Shown here: in pieces, positions 47,879 to 56,928 of the stretch | How positions within the stretch are numbered: position 1 is the first letter of the stretch | Layout of the letters: every line of letters starts with the position of its first letter | From: an uncultured bacterium | GTDB taxonomy: Bacteria > JAJVIF01 > JAPKYR01 | Length of the DNA: 60,286 nucleotides | Reading direction: 5' to 3' | Assembly (NCBI GenBank): GCA_965369865.1 | Contig: CBDURU010000007.1 | Span: forward strand, 1-60,286 | Program-made: the position numbers and the translations under genes | The notes under the pieces: generated by a model | Databases searched by the model: none | What the model was told of the DNA's origin: nothing | The model's input: the letters and a program-made list of their open reading frames with translations, nothing else

Positions 47879-50641
47879 ATGTCCGACACTAATGAGAAAA
47901 AAGTTCTTAAGTCAGCTGAAACCACCGGAAAGTCAACACGACGGTCGCGTCAAAGGGTTGCGAACAAGATTTTTATTAGGCATTTCACCACGCCGGGCAT
48001 ACATCCATTTGATGAGGTGGAATGGGAAGAACGGAACGCCCTCATTTCGTCGGACACGGGCGAACCTGTTTTCGAGCAGCGTGGTATCGAGATGCCGGTT
48101 GGCTGGTCTCAGATGGCGACCAACATAGTGGCAAGCAAATATTTCCATGGCACACTGGGTACCGACCGTCGCGAAAAATCCTTGAAAATTTTGCTGAACA
48201 GGGTCGTGAAAACGATTGCCGACTGGGGCCGGGCGGATGGTTATTTCCTTGATCCTGAGGAGGCGGATACTTTCGAAGCTGAATTACTCCATCTTACCCT
48301 CCACCAGAAAATGGCTTTCAATTCTCCAGTCTGGTTTAACGTTGGTACCGAGAAACGTCCGCAGTGCTCGGCATGTTTTATTAATTCTGTCGAGGACTCG
48401 ATGGAGAGCATTCTTGGCCTGACAAAAACTGAAGGGATGCTTTTCAAGTACGGCTCCGGTACCGGGACGAATTTATCGACAATTAGGTCATCCAGGGAAC
48501 GGCTCACTTCGGGCGGAGTCGCCAGCGGCCCCATAAGTTTCATGCGCGGATTTGATGCGTTTGCGGGTGTAATCAAGTCGGGTGGTAAAACGCGTCGCGC
48601 AGCCAAGATGGTCATCCTGAACATCGATCATCCCGATATCCAGGAATTTATTAACTGTAAAGTAACCGAGGAGAAAAAAGCCTGGGCGTTAATAGATGCA
48701 GGTTACGACGGGAGTATCGGCGGGGAGGCCTACGGGTCGGTTTTCTACCAGAACTCGAACAACTCTGTCAGGGTGACGGATGATTACATGCAGGCGGTAC
48801 TTGAAGACAGGGAATGGGCGACCCGTACGGTGGTTGATGGTCAAATCGTTGATAAATTCCGGGCAGCCGACCTGTGGCAGGAGATAGCGACCGCCTCCCA
48901 TGTCTGTGGGGATCCCGGCCTCCAGTTCGATACAACCATTAATACGTGGCATACATGCCCGAATTCCGGACGTATCAACGCATCGAACCCCTGCAGTGAA
49001 TACATGTTCCTTGATGATTCGGCATGCAACCTCGCGAGCATCAATATCCTGAAATTCACCAAGGAGGACGGGGAACTTGATATTGAAGCTTTCCGGCATG
49101 CTGTCAGGCTGACAATACTCGCACAGGAAATTATTGTCGACAACGCTCATTACCCGAACGACGCGATCGAAATCAACAGCCATAACTTCAGGGCGCTTGG
49201 GTTAGGTTACGCTAACCTTGGTGCGACACTGATGAACCTTGGCCTTCCGTATGATTCCGATGCAGGACGCGCATACGCCGCCGCGGTTACATCTCTGCTC
49301 ACCGGCGAATCGTATTATGCATCCGCGCTGATCGCGGAACGGATCGGGACGTTTCCCACTTACGAAGAAAACGCGGAACCTTTCAAGAGCGTCATGTGCA
49401 AACATCGTGACTCGGCGAAACGGATCGACCCGGCCTTCATTCCTGTCGCGATGTGGGATGAATCCGTGAAAGTCTGGGACAATGTTGTTGAGTTCGGCTC
49501 CAGTGTCGGATTCAGGAACGCGCAGGTTTCCGTTCTCGCTCCGACCGGCACGATCGGGTTCATGATGGATTGCGATACGACAGGTGTCGAGCCGGACATC
49601 GCGCTTGTCAAATTCAAGAAACTCGTGGGCGGCGGGGTTTTGAAAATTGTTAATAACACCGTTCCGTATGCCCTCGAACAACTTGGGTACGACGCTGATG
49701 ACATCAGCACGATTCTCGAATTTATCGAGACAAACGACACGATAGAAGGCTGCGAGACATTGAACGAGGAGCATCTTCCTGTCTTTGATTGCGCGTTCAG
49801 ACCGTTGACCGGCCGACGTTCTATTCACTACATGGGTCACGTGCGAATGATGGCAGCCATCCAGCCGTTCATTTCGGGAGCTATCTCCAAAACCGTTAAT
49901 ATGCCAACCGAAGCCACCATAGAGGAAATCATGCATGTTTACGAGCAGGGATGGAAACTCGGTTTGAAATCGATCGCGATATACCGCGACGGGTGCAAGC
50001 GTACCCAGCCCCTGACAACATCGCTTGGTGCAAAAGAGAAAAAAGAAGAATGGAAACCGATGCGCAGGCGGTTACCGGATGAGCGCAAATCAATCACACA
50101 TAAATTCGTCATCGGGGGCGTGCACGAAGGTTACTTTACGGTGGGGCTGTACGAGGATGGAAAACCGGGCGAGATTTTCATCACGATGGCGAAACAGGGA
50201 TCGACAATCTCCGGCCTGATGGACACGATCGCCACGATGACATCGATCATGCTCCAGTACGGGGTTCCGATCGAGGTTCTTGTCAACAAGTTCTCGCACA
50301 TGCGTTTCGAGCCGTCCGGGTTCACAAAGAACCCCGACATCAAGATCGCCAAGAGTGTCGTCGATTACATTTTCCGCTGGCTCGGACTCAAATTCATGAA
50401 GCCGATGGAAAGCGTCGTGACCGAAGAAGAATTGAAAAAAGCGGAGAAGGTTGGCCTGCCATCCGTCGAGCAGCTTGCTTTCGATTTAACCGAAAAAGAG
50501 CGCGAGGCGATGGAAAAAGGCCAAGACCTGTTCGTAAGCCAGGCAGACGCACCGTCGTGTCCGGAATGCGGTTCAATTATGATCCGGAACGGATCCTGTT
50601 ACCGCTGCCTTGAGTGCGGGACTACGAGCGGCTGCAGTTAG
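47879..50641 (+). CDS. nrdJ: Vitamin B12-dependent (class II) ribonucleotide reductase with C-terminal TSCPD-type domain
   Basis: FNSPVWFN, SACFI, NPCSEY, ACNLAS, APTGTI, ISKTVN, YRDG; C-terminal CPECG..C..CG..GCS. Confidence 0.96.
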   Translation: MSDTNEKKVLKSAETTGKSTRRSRQRVANKIFIRHFTTPGIHPFDEVEWEERNALISSDTGEPVFEQRGIEMPVGWSQMATNIVASKYFHGTLGTDRREKSLKILLNRVVKTIADWGRADGYFLDPEEADTFEAELLHLTLHQKMAFNSPVWFNVGTEKRPQCSACFINSVEDSMESILGLTKTEGMLFKYGSGTGTNLSTIRSSRERLTSGGVASGPISFMRGFDAFAGVIKSGGKTRRAAKMVILNIDHPDIQEFINCKVTEEKKAWALIDAGYDGSIGGEAYGSVFYQNSNNSVRVTDDYMQAVLEDREWATRTVVDGQIVDKFRAADLWQEIATASHVCGDPGLQFDTTINTWHTCPNSGRINASNPCSEYMFLDDSACNLASINILKFTKEDGELDIEAFRHAVRLTILAQEIIVDNAHYPNDAIEINSHNFRALGLGYANLGATLMNLGLPYDSDAGRAYAAAVTSLLTGESYYASALIAERIGTFPTYEENAEPFKSVMCKHRDSAKRIDPAFIPVAMWDESVKVWDNVVEFGSSVGFRNAQVSVLAPTGTIGFMMDCDTTGVEPDIALVKFKKLVGGGVLKIVNNTVPYALEQLGYDADDISTILEFIETNDTIEGCETLNEEHLPVFDCAFRPLTGRRSIHYMGHVRMMAAIQPFISGAISKTVNMPTEATIEEIMHVYEQGWKLGLKSIAIYRDGCKRTQPLTTSLGAKEKKEEWKPMRRRLPDERKSITHKFVIGGVHEGYFTVGLYEDGKPGEIFITMAKQGSTISGLMDTIATMTSIMLQYGVPIEVLVNKFSHMRFEPSGFTKNPDIKIAKSVVDYIFRWLGLKFMKPMESVVTEEELKKAEKVGLPSVEQLAFDLTEKEREAMEKGQDLFVSQADAPSCPECGSIMIRNGSCYRCLECGTTSGCS

Positions 50642-50758
50642 GTTGCCCCACCGGTCTTTTTTTGATTTTGATACTTCTTGATTTTGTCCTTTTTTGTTTT
50701 CATCCTCCGTTATTTTTGATATTTTTCCGGAACCCGTCGCGCGATAAGACAGTGATGA

Positions 50759-50811
50759 TCACCCATAAGCTCCGTTCGGCTTACGCCGAACTTCGCGTAT
50801 GGGCGGCACCC
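50759..50811 (-). repeat. REP hairpin of the RAYT-flanking family
   Basis: TCACCCATAAGC-24nt-GCGTATGGGCGGCACCC; CATA/TATG replaces CACA/TGTG. Confidence 0.75.
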
Positions 50812-50867
50812 GGTCCGACAGCGTTAGCTGTTGAGCGGCCATGTGATATCGACCGCTGACTTGCCCC

Positions 50868-51062
50868 GGCATTGACTGGGTGTGGCAGGCTTCCCTGGTA
50901 CTTCCCCGCTTTCGCATAAGCTACGGCGGGTGTCAAGCCGTAAAACTTCTCCGCCTACCCGAAGGTGGCGTGGTTACAGGCGCTCAGCTTCAAGAGCTGG
51001 AAATCACGCGCCGGGTTCCGTATGGAGGGAATTCCCTGCAGTGGGTACAGAATGCCCTTCCT
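50868..51062 (-). ncRNA. Candidate ~190-nt structured ncRNA (6S RNA-like rod)
   Basis: Near-consensus promoter directly upstream; the 5' and 3' ends pair through GGCAUU/AAUGCC, GCAGG/CCUGC and UUCCCU/AGGGAA; cUUCGg hairpin; no credible ORF. Confidence 0.5.
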
Positions 51063-51067
51063 AAGAG

Positions 51068-51096
51068 AGTATAGCATAAAGATGGGATTTTGTCAA
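51068..51096 (-). promoter_or_regulatory. Near-consensus sigma70 promoter driving the candidate ncRNA
   Basis: TTGACA-17nt-TATACT with extended TG. Confidence 0.7.
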
Positions 51097-51147
51097 GGGT
51101 GGACATAGAAAAAAGGGGGGATTTTTTTAGGGGGGCGGGTGGAAATG

Positions 51148-51177
51148 GAGCCCATATCAGATAGATATGGGTCTACC
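51148..51177 (-). repeat. GTAG-headed REP-like hairpin
   Basis: Minus strand GTAG-ACCCATATC-TATCT-GATATGGG. Confidence 0.45.
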
Positions 51178-51275
51178 GCTTTTGATATATCATTGCATTT
51201 TTATCAATTTATGTTAAAATTTTAATAATAGGTTGTTCCAAAACCACAGGCTTAACGTCGGGGGAGGTTGTCATT

Positions 51276-53999
51276 GTGAAAATTCATTCTTTATTAATTT
51301 ACGCAGCGATACTGACCATCGTCGGTTGCGGGGGACATGGCTCACCGCCAGTCACGCCTGATCCCTCTCAGGATCCAGTCGCGGTCGCGAAAGCCGACCC
51401 GAATCCCCGGGCTATCAATATCCCTGTCAGTTTTTCTGGTTCGGATTCATATGATCCCGACGGTGGAGATTTACAATTATTCGAGTGGGATTGGAACAAT
51501 GACGGCACATACGATGAAACGGGCGAGAACGTCGACCATACCTGGAGCGAAACCGGCACGTATTATGTCCAGCTTCGGGTCACGGATGACGAAAGCGAAA
51601 CAGACGTTCTCGATGAACCGCTGGAAATTATATTAATCGATCATCAACCACCCGACGCGTGTGGCGAGGCAGATCCCCTAACAACCATTGTCTGTGAACC
51701 TGTGCATTTCACCGACTGCGGTTCGGTCGCTTACGATGGCGCTGAAATCATCCTCCAGGAATGGGATTGGGACAATGACGGCGAGTACGATGAGGAAGGA
51801 TCGGATCCCGACCACTCATTCGGCGTGCCCGGCACATTCCATGTTATGTATCGAGTGACCGACAACATGGGCGCGACAGACGAGATCGATGATCCAATTG
51901 AAATTGTTGTTACCAATGCACTACCGTCCGCGGTCGCGGAAGCTGAAAACTACAATCCGATTGCAACCGTACCCGTCCATTTTGATGGGACCGGGTCGTA
52001 TGACAATGACTGCGGTGGTGACGAGATATCGAAGTGGGAATGGGATTGGGACAACGATGGGACATATGACGAGGAGGGTGCCGAGGTCGATCACGTTTGG
52101 GATTTTCCAGGCACCTATTACGTTCAACTACGAGTTACCGATGACGAGGGGGGAACCGATCTTCTTGACGCGCCAATTGAAGTAATCGCAACGGATCCCA
52201 TATTTAATCCTGTTGATATCACCCCCCCATGGCTGAATTTCTCCCCTAAAGGCTCTTGCATTGATGGTAACTATGTCTATGTGGCGAGTGGAATCGATGG
52301 ACTTCATATTTTTGACATATCTGATCCTGCTAATCCCATTTGGGTGAACCGGGTCGACACGCCAATTTGGGCACTAGGAATAGCAGTGTCAGGCGGGTAT
52401 GCGTATGTGGCGGATAGTAATAGCGGTCTCCAGATAATCGATATTGAGCCTCCTGATTCCGCATACATCGTGACTGCAATCGACTCGGGCTATGCACGTA
52501 ATGTAGCCGTGTCCGGAGGGTATGCGTATGTGGCAGATTCTGATGGTCTTCTGATAATCAACATAGAAACTCCCGAGTCGCCATACATCGTGCTGACAGT
52601 CGAAACAGGGGGTGCTTATGATGTAGCCCTGTCCGGCGGGTATGCGTATGTACCGGCCACTTATTTATATGATAGTTGTCTTCAGATAATTGATATAGAG
52701 CCTCCCGAGTCAGCAACCATTGTGAGGACAGTCTACACGGGGACGGCGCCCACGGAGTTGTATGGTAATAGCGTATCCGTGTCCAACGGTTACGTGTATA
52801 TAGCGGGCACGTACCCAATTGGTAGTGGTTTCAAGATAATTGATATAGAAACTCCCGAGTCCGCGTACATTGTGAAATCAGTGGATGTGGGCGGGGGGGC
52901 TCATGATGTAGTCGTATCCAGCGGTTACGCGTATGTGGCAATTGGCTACGGTCTTCAAATATTTGACATAGAGCCTTCCAGTGATGCATACATCGTGAAT
53001 ACAGTCGAAGTGCCAGGGGGAGCTATTGGTGTCACATTGTCCGGCGGCTTAGCATATGTGGCGGGTTATTACTCCTGTTTTAATATACTCAACATAGAGC
53101 CCCCTGAGTCCGCATACATCGTGAAAACGATTAACACATTGAACAAGGCCATGCGTTTAGCTAAATCGGACGGGTATACGTATGTGTTGGATACTTACAG
53201 CCTGATGATTATCGACACAGAGCCTCCCGAGTCCGCGTATCTTGTGAATAAATTCGACTTACCCGGGTCGGGAAGGGATGTAGACGTGTCTGGCGGGTAC
53301 GCGTATGTGTTGACTGGTTACGCTCTTCAGATTATCGACGTAGAGCCTCCTGAGTCCGCATACATTGTTAATTCAATTGATCTGCAGTGGTCTTCAAACA
53401 TTTGTGTCGTGTCGGACGGTTATGCATATATTGCGGGTGATTACCCTCTTCAGATTATCGACATAGAGCCTCCCGAGTCTGCATACATCGTGAAGACCAT
53501 CCCCACGCCGGGGTGGGTGAGTGATATAGCCGTGTTCGGTGGTTATGCATACGTAGTGGCGGTAGGTGGAGTGGGTTCCTATCTTCATTTATTCGACATA
53601 GAGCCTCCCGAGTTTGCATACATCGTGGATACAGTCAACTTGTTTGATGTGGCTACTGGTGTAGCCGTGTCCGGCAGCCACGCATATGTATCAACTGCCG
53701 ATTCCACAGGTCCTGATACCGACCTTTGGATATTCGGCATAGAGCCTCCCGAGCCTGTATACTATGTGAATAAAGTCGACATGGAAGGGTACCTATGGAG
53801 TATAGCTGTATCCGGCGGTTACGTGTATGTGGCGGATTCTAAGTTCGGTCTTCATATCTTCGATCTAGATCCTCCTGAGTCCGCTTATATCGTTAATTCA
53901 GTCGAAACGCCAGGAAAGGCACGGGAAGTAGTTGTATCCGGCGGCTACGCGTATGTGGCGGATGAGTATGGCGGTTTGCGGATTATCAAGCTATGGTAA
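51276..53999 (+). CDS. Lipoprotein with three PKD domains and 14 LVIVD-type beta-propeller repeats
   Basis: GGAGG RBS, lipobox IVGC, three WDW.NDG.YD PKD units, repeats SGGYAYVA..GLQIIDIEPPESAYIV. Confidence 0.9.
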   Translation: MKIHSLLIYAAILTIVGCGGHGSPPVTPDPSQDPVAVAKADPNPRAINIPVSFSGSDSYDPDGGDLQLFEWDWNNDGTYDETGENVDHTWSETGTYYVQLRVTDDESETDVLDEPLEIILIDHQPPDACGEADPLTTIVCEPVHFTDCGSVAYDGAEIILQEWDWDNDGEYDEEGSDPDHSFGVPGTFHVMYRVTDNMGATDEIDDPIEIVVTNALPSAVAEAENYNPIATVPVHFDGTGSYDNDCGGDEISKWEWDWDNDGTYDEEGAEVDHVWDFPGTYYVQLRVTDDEGGTDLLDAPIEVIATDPIFNPVDITPPWLNFSPKGSCIDGNYVYVASGIDGLHIFDISDPANPIWVNRVDTPIWALGIAVSGGYAYVADSNSGLQIIDIEPPDSAYIVTAIDSGYARNVAVSGGYAYVADSDGLLIINIETPESPYIVLTVETGGAYDVALSGGYAYVPATYLYDSCLQIIDIEPPESATIVRTVYTGTAPTELYGNSVSVSNGYVYIAGTYPIGSGFKIIDIETPESAYIVKSVDVGGGAHDVVVSSGYAYVAIGYGLQIFDIEPSSDAYIVNTVEVPGGAIGVTLSGGLAYVAGYYSCFNILNIEPPESAYIVKTINTLNKAMRLAKSDGYTYVLDTYSLMIIDTEPPESAYLVNKFDLPGSGRDVDVSGGYAYVLTGYALQIIDVEPPESAYIVNSIDLQWSSNICVVSDGYAYIAGDYPLQIIDIEPPESAYIVKTIPTPGWVSDIAVFGGYAYVVAVGGVGSYLHLFDIEPPEFAYIVDTVNLFDVATGVAVSGSHAYVSTADSTGPDTDLWIFGIEPPEPVYYVNKVDMEGYLWSIAVSGGYVYVADSKFGLHIFDLDPPESAYIVNSVETPGKAREVVVSGGYAYVADEYGGLRIIKLW

Positions 54000-54113
54000 C
54001 TGGTGGGAACCACTATTCAGTTACCCCCCCTCGAACCATTTGGGATTTTTTCCGTCTGATATAATATACTGTCACCTAGCTTTTTACCAAGGCTCTTCCA
54101 GGAGGGAAAGACT

Positions 54114-55049
54114 ATGGCAATGATTGAAGTTCGTAATTTGTCGAAGCGTTACAAGAAGCTTGACGCTTTATCAGGTGTAAATTTCGATATCGAGCAGGGG
54201 GATATATTCGGCTACATCGGACCGAACGGCGCCGGGAAAACCACGACGATAAAAATCCTAGCGACTCTTCTTCTGCCGACCGACGGGATGGCGTTTATCG
54301 ACGGAATCGACGTGGTGCGCGACCCGATGTCGGTCCGTCGGATCATCGGCTACATGCCCGATTTTTTCGGCGTGTACGACGAGATGAAAGCGTGGGAATA
54401 CCTCGACTTTTTCGCCGCCTGCTACCGTATCCCGAAAGCCAGGCGATTAGGGATTATCGACGATGTACTCGAACTAACCGACCTCACGACCAAAAAGGAT
54501 GCGTTTGTGCACGAGCTTTCCCGTGGAATGAAACAGCGTCTCTGCCTCGCGCGATGCCTTGTGCACGATCCGAAAGTACTCCTTCTGGATGAACCGGCAT
54601 CCGGACTCGACCCCAGGGCTAGAATCGAGCTGAGGGAACTCCTCAAGGAACTCGGTCGCATGGGCAAGACAATCCTTGTGTCGTCCCACATCCTCACCGA
54701 GCTTGCCGATTTCTGCAACACTGTCGGGATAATCGAAGTCGGGAAAATGGTTCTTCATGGAAAGATCGAAGATATCCTTCGGGAGATCAAGGGAGCGAGG
54801 GTGCTTGAGATCAAGGTCAAGGACCAGGATGAGGCCGCGAAGGAAGTACTTCTCTCGCATGACAAAGTCGAGGATGTAATCATTGCGTCACCGGGAAACC
54901 TGAAAGTGCATTTCAACGGTGAGACCGATGACTTACCCGACCTGATGGATTACCTCAAGGAGGGCGGTATCAGGGTGTTGAGTTTCGCGGAAGAGGAAAC
55001 CGATCTCGAGGACCTGTTCATGCGGGTAACGAAGGGGATAGTGACGTAA
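54114..55049 (+). CDS. ABC transporter ATP-binding protein (ABC-2/DrrA-like)
   Basis: GPNGAGKTT, LSRGMKQR, LLLDEP.SGLDP, SSH; C-terminal LEDLF. Confidence 0.93.
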   Translation: MAMIEVRNLSKRYKKLDALSGVNFDIEQGDIFGYIGPNGAGKTTTIKILATLLLPTDGMAFIDGIDVVRDPMSVRRIIGYMPDFFGVYDEMKAWEYLDFFAACYRIPKARRLGIIDDVLELTDLTTKKDAFVHELSRGMKQRLCLARCLVHDPKVLLLDEPASGLDPRARIELRELLKELGRMGKTILVSSHILTELADFCNTVGIIEVGKMVLHGKIEDILREIKGARVLEIKVKDQDEAAKEVLLSHDKVEDVIIASPGNLKVHFNGETDDLPDLMDYLKEGGIRVLSFAEEETDLEDLFMRVTKGIVT

Positions 55050-55103
55050 CACGATAAACCGGTTTTTAAACCTTCGCAGAATATACTTCAAAAGGAATTA
55101 ATC

Positions 55104-55131
55104 AACCCGGCAAACGATGGCCGGGTTTTTT
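55104..55131 (+). terminator. Intrinsic terminator after the ABC ATPase gene
   Basis: AACCCGGC/GCCGGGTT stem + TTTT. Confidence 0.7.
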
Positions 55132-55241
55132 AAATCCAGAGGCTCCATAGGACAGATTATTGGAGAGAATCACATGGAGAGAATCCATGTATCGGAGCCG
55201 CGAATGTGAGTATCCGGGGCTGGTCTTAAGCCCTCTCTCAC

Positions 55242-55381
55242 GGGGCTGTTGAAAAAGTTATTAGACTGAAAAATCACAAGGGGTCAAAACTTCCGATACC
55301 GCTCTCCATGCGGACGGGCCGTCCGCGGTACTGCAGGCCGGCGTCCTGCGCTACGGGATTTAGTACTTTATCAACAGCCCC
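55242..55381. mobile_element. 140-bp MITE with 17-bp terminal IRs and 4-bp target duplication
   Basis: GGGGCTGTTGAAAAAGT / ACTTTATCAACAGCCCC (16/17); TCAC direct repeat at 55238-55241 and 55382-55385. Confidence 0.8.
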
Positions 55382-55421
55382 TCACGGTCGGGCTACTGTT
55401 ATCGTTGCATGTATCTGTAAA

Positions 55422-55446
55422 CCGCTCACTTACATGCGCGGTACTG
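55422..55446 (-). repeat. GTAC-headed REP-like hairpin
   Basis: Minus strand CAGTACCGCGCATGTAAGTGAGCGG, an imperfect hairpin. Confidence 0.45.
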
Positions 55447-55464
55447 TTACAGACTTATACTTTT

Positions 55465-56763
55465 TTACGAAAAATGCTCTTTGAGTAAATTCACCATGTG
55501 CAACTGGTCCCCTGTACCGCCCATTTCACGGATCGAATGCATCGACACCATCGGGCTGCCGATATCAACAGACCTGATCCCGAGACGGCTCGCGGTCATC
55601 GGACCGATCGTGCCGCCCGTGCCAACATCGGTACGCGCGACAAAAGTCTGAATCGGTGCGTCTGCCCTGTCGGCGCATTTTTTAAGGTGATCCCGCGCCT
55701 CCATATTTCCGGTGTACTGCTGGTTCGCGTTCACTTTCATCACCGGACCGCCGTTGAGAAATACATGATGCTTCGGCTCGTGGGCTTCCGGATAATTCGG
55801 GTTTATCGCGTGAGCGCCATCGACCGAAATCAAAATCGAGTTCGCGATCGCACGGAAGTACCCCTCCCGCGAATTTCCATCACCGGCGCACAGCCGCTCA
55901 ATTATGGCATCGAGAAATCCCGACCGGGCACCCTGCATTGTCTGCGACCCGACCTCCTCGTTATCGAACAACGCTACCACCTGCGTGAACCGTGCGTCTT
56001 TCGGCGCGCTTAATATCGCTTCCAGACCTGCATGGCAACTCGACAGGTTATCGATACTCCGAATGAACACAAACTCCTCATTCATTCCGCCAATCGCGCC
56101 AGGCTGGATATCATAGATCTCAATGACGTACGATTTAATTTTTTCAGGATCAACGTCGCATGATTCCGCGATAAATTTTAAAACCGGCTTCTCTTCCAGG
56201 GCTTTCTCATCGCCAAGACCGATCACAGGCGGAAGGTGATCCTGCTTATTGAATTTTATCTCCTCGGTTTTATTGACCCTGATATGCGGCGCGAGATTCG
56301 GGATACGGCACACAGGACGCCCGATGTCGAAAAGCACAACCCGGCTCTCCCCATTGTCCTCGACCACAAACCTTCCAGCAATGCCAAGATCGCGATCGAA
56401 CCATGAATGAATAATCGGGCTGCCGTAAACCTCAACACCAAGCTGTATGTAACCGTTTTTCGAGTAAATCCCATTCGGCTTCAATCTCAGTCCGGGGAAA
56501 TCTGTGTGCGCACCGGCGATACGAAGTCCGGCACTCGCGCAATTATCCTGTCCAACCCTGACAGCAATTATTGATGAACCGTTGCGCGTGACATAGAACC
56601 GGTCACCCGGGTTAATGTCCCACAAATCTTTCTCATCGAGGCATTTGAAACCCCCTGCTTCAAGGCGTCGGATGGATTCCCGTACCGCGTGCGATGCTGT
56701 CGGGGACGCATGGATAAATTCGATCATATCGAGCGTGGTGTCTTTGGGTAGCTGATCTGGCAT
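55465..56763 (-). CDS. M18 family aminopeptidase (aspartyl aminopeptidase-like)
   Basis: AHTDFP, DRDLG, IDNLSS, DNEEVGS, SVDGAHA..PNY, GTIGP, SMHSIRE. Confidence 0.93.
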   Translation of the reverse strand: MPDQLPKDTTLDMIEFIHASPTASHAVRESIRRLEAGGFKCLDEKDLWDINPGDRFYVTRNGSSIIAVRVGQDNCASAGLRIAGAHTDFPGLRLKPNGIYSKNGYIQLGVEVYGSPIIHSWFDRDLGIAGRFVVEDNGESRVVLFDIGRPVCRIPNLAPHIRVNKTEEIKFNKQDHLPPVIGLGDEKALEEKPVLKFIAESCDVDPEKIKSYVIEIYDIQPGAIGGMNEEFVFIRSIDNLSSCHAGLEAILSAPKDARFTQVVALFDNEEVGSQTMQGARSGFLDAIIERLCAGDGNSREGYFRAIANSILISVDGAHAINPNYPEAHEPKHHVFLNGGPVMKVNANQQYTGNMEARDHLKKCADRADAPIQTFVARTDVGTGGTIGPMTASRLGIRSVDIGSPMVSMHSIREMGGTGDQLHMVNLLKEHFS

Positions 56764-56928
56764 TGTCTTCAACCTCTCCGGTTAAAAGTAGGAGATATTT
56801 ATAGCATAAAAACCATGGGTCTGGAAATCGACAAACCCGGCTAGGAATGGCGAGACAACCGGAGTATTCTTTCAGAAAATTGAACGGGATTGATTCAAGC
56901 GGAAATTAACAAGTTGGTATTCCGGCCC

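Noticed and set aside
47879..50641. Intein or intron in nrdJ
   Set aside because: Continuous ORF of ordinary length with no splice-junction motifs or unexplained insert.
50960..51062. tRNA-Sec-like stretch (CAGCTTCAAGAGCTG, GAAGG...CCTTC) on + strand
   Set aside because: No T-arm (GTTCRA), no CCA, and arm geometry does not fit.
52200..53999. Periodic DNA repeats resembling a CRISPR array or DGR template/variable repeats
   Set aside because: They are degenerate, in-frame protein repeats; no cas genes or reverse transcriptase in the window.
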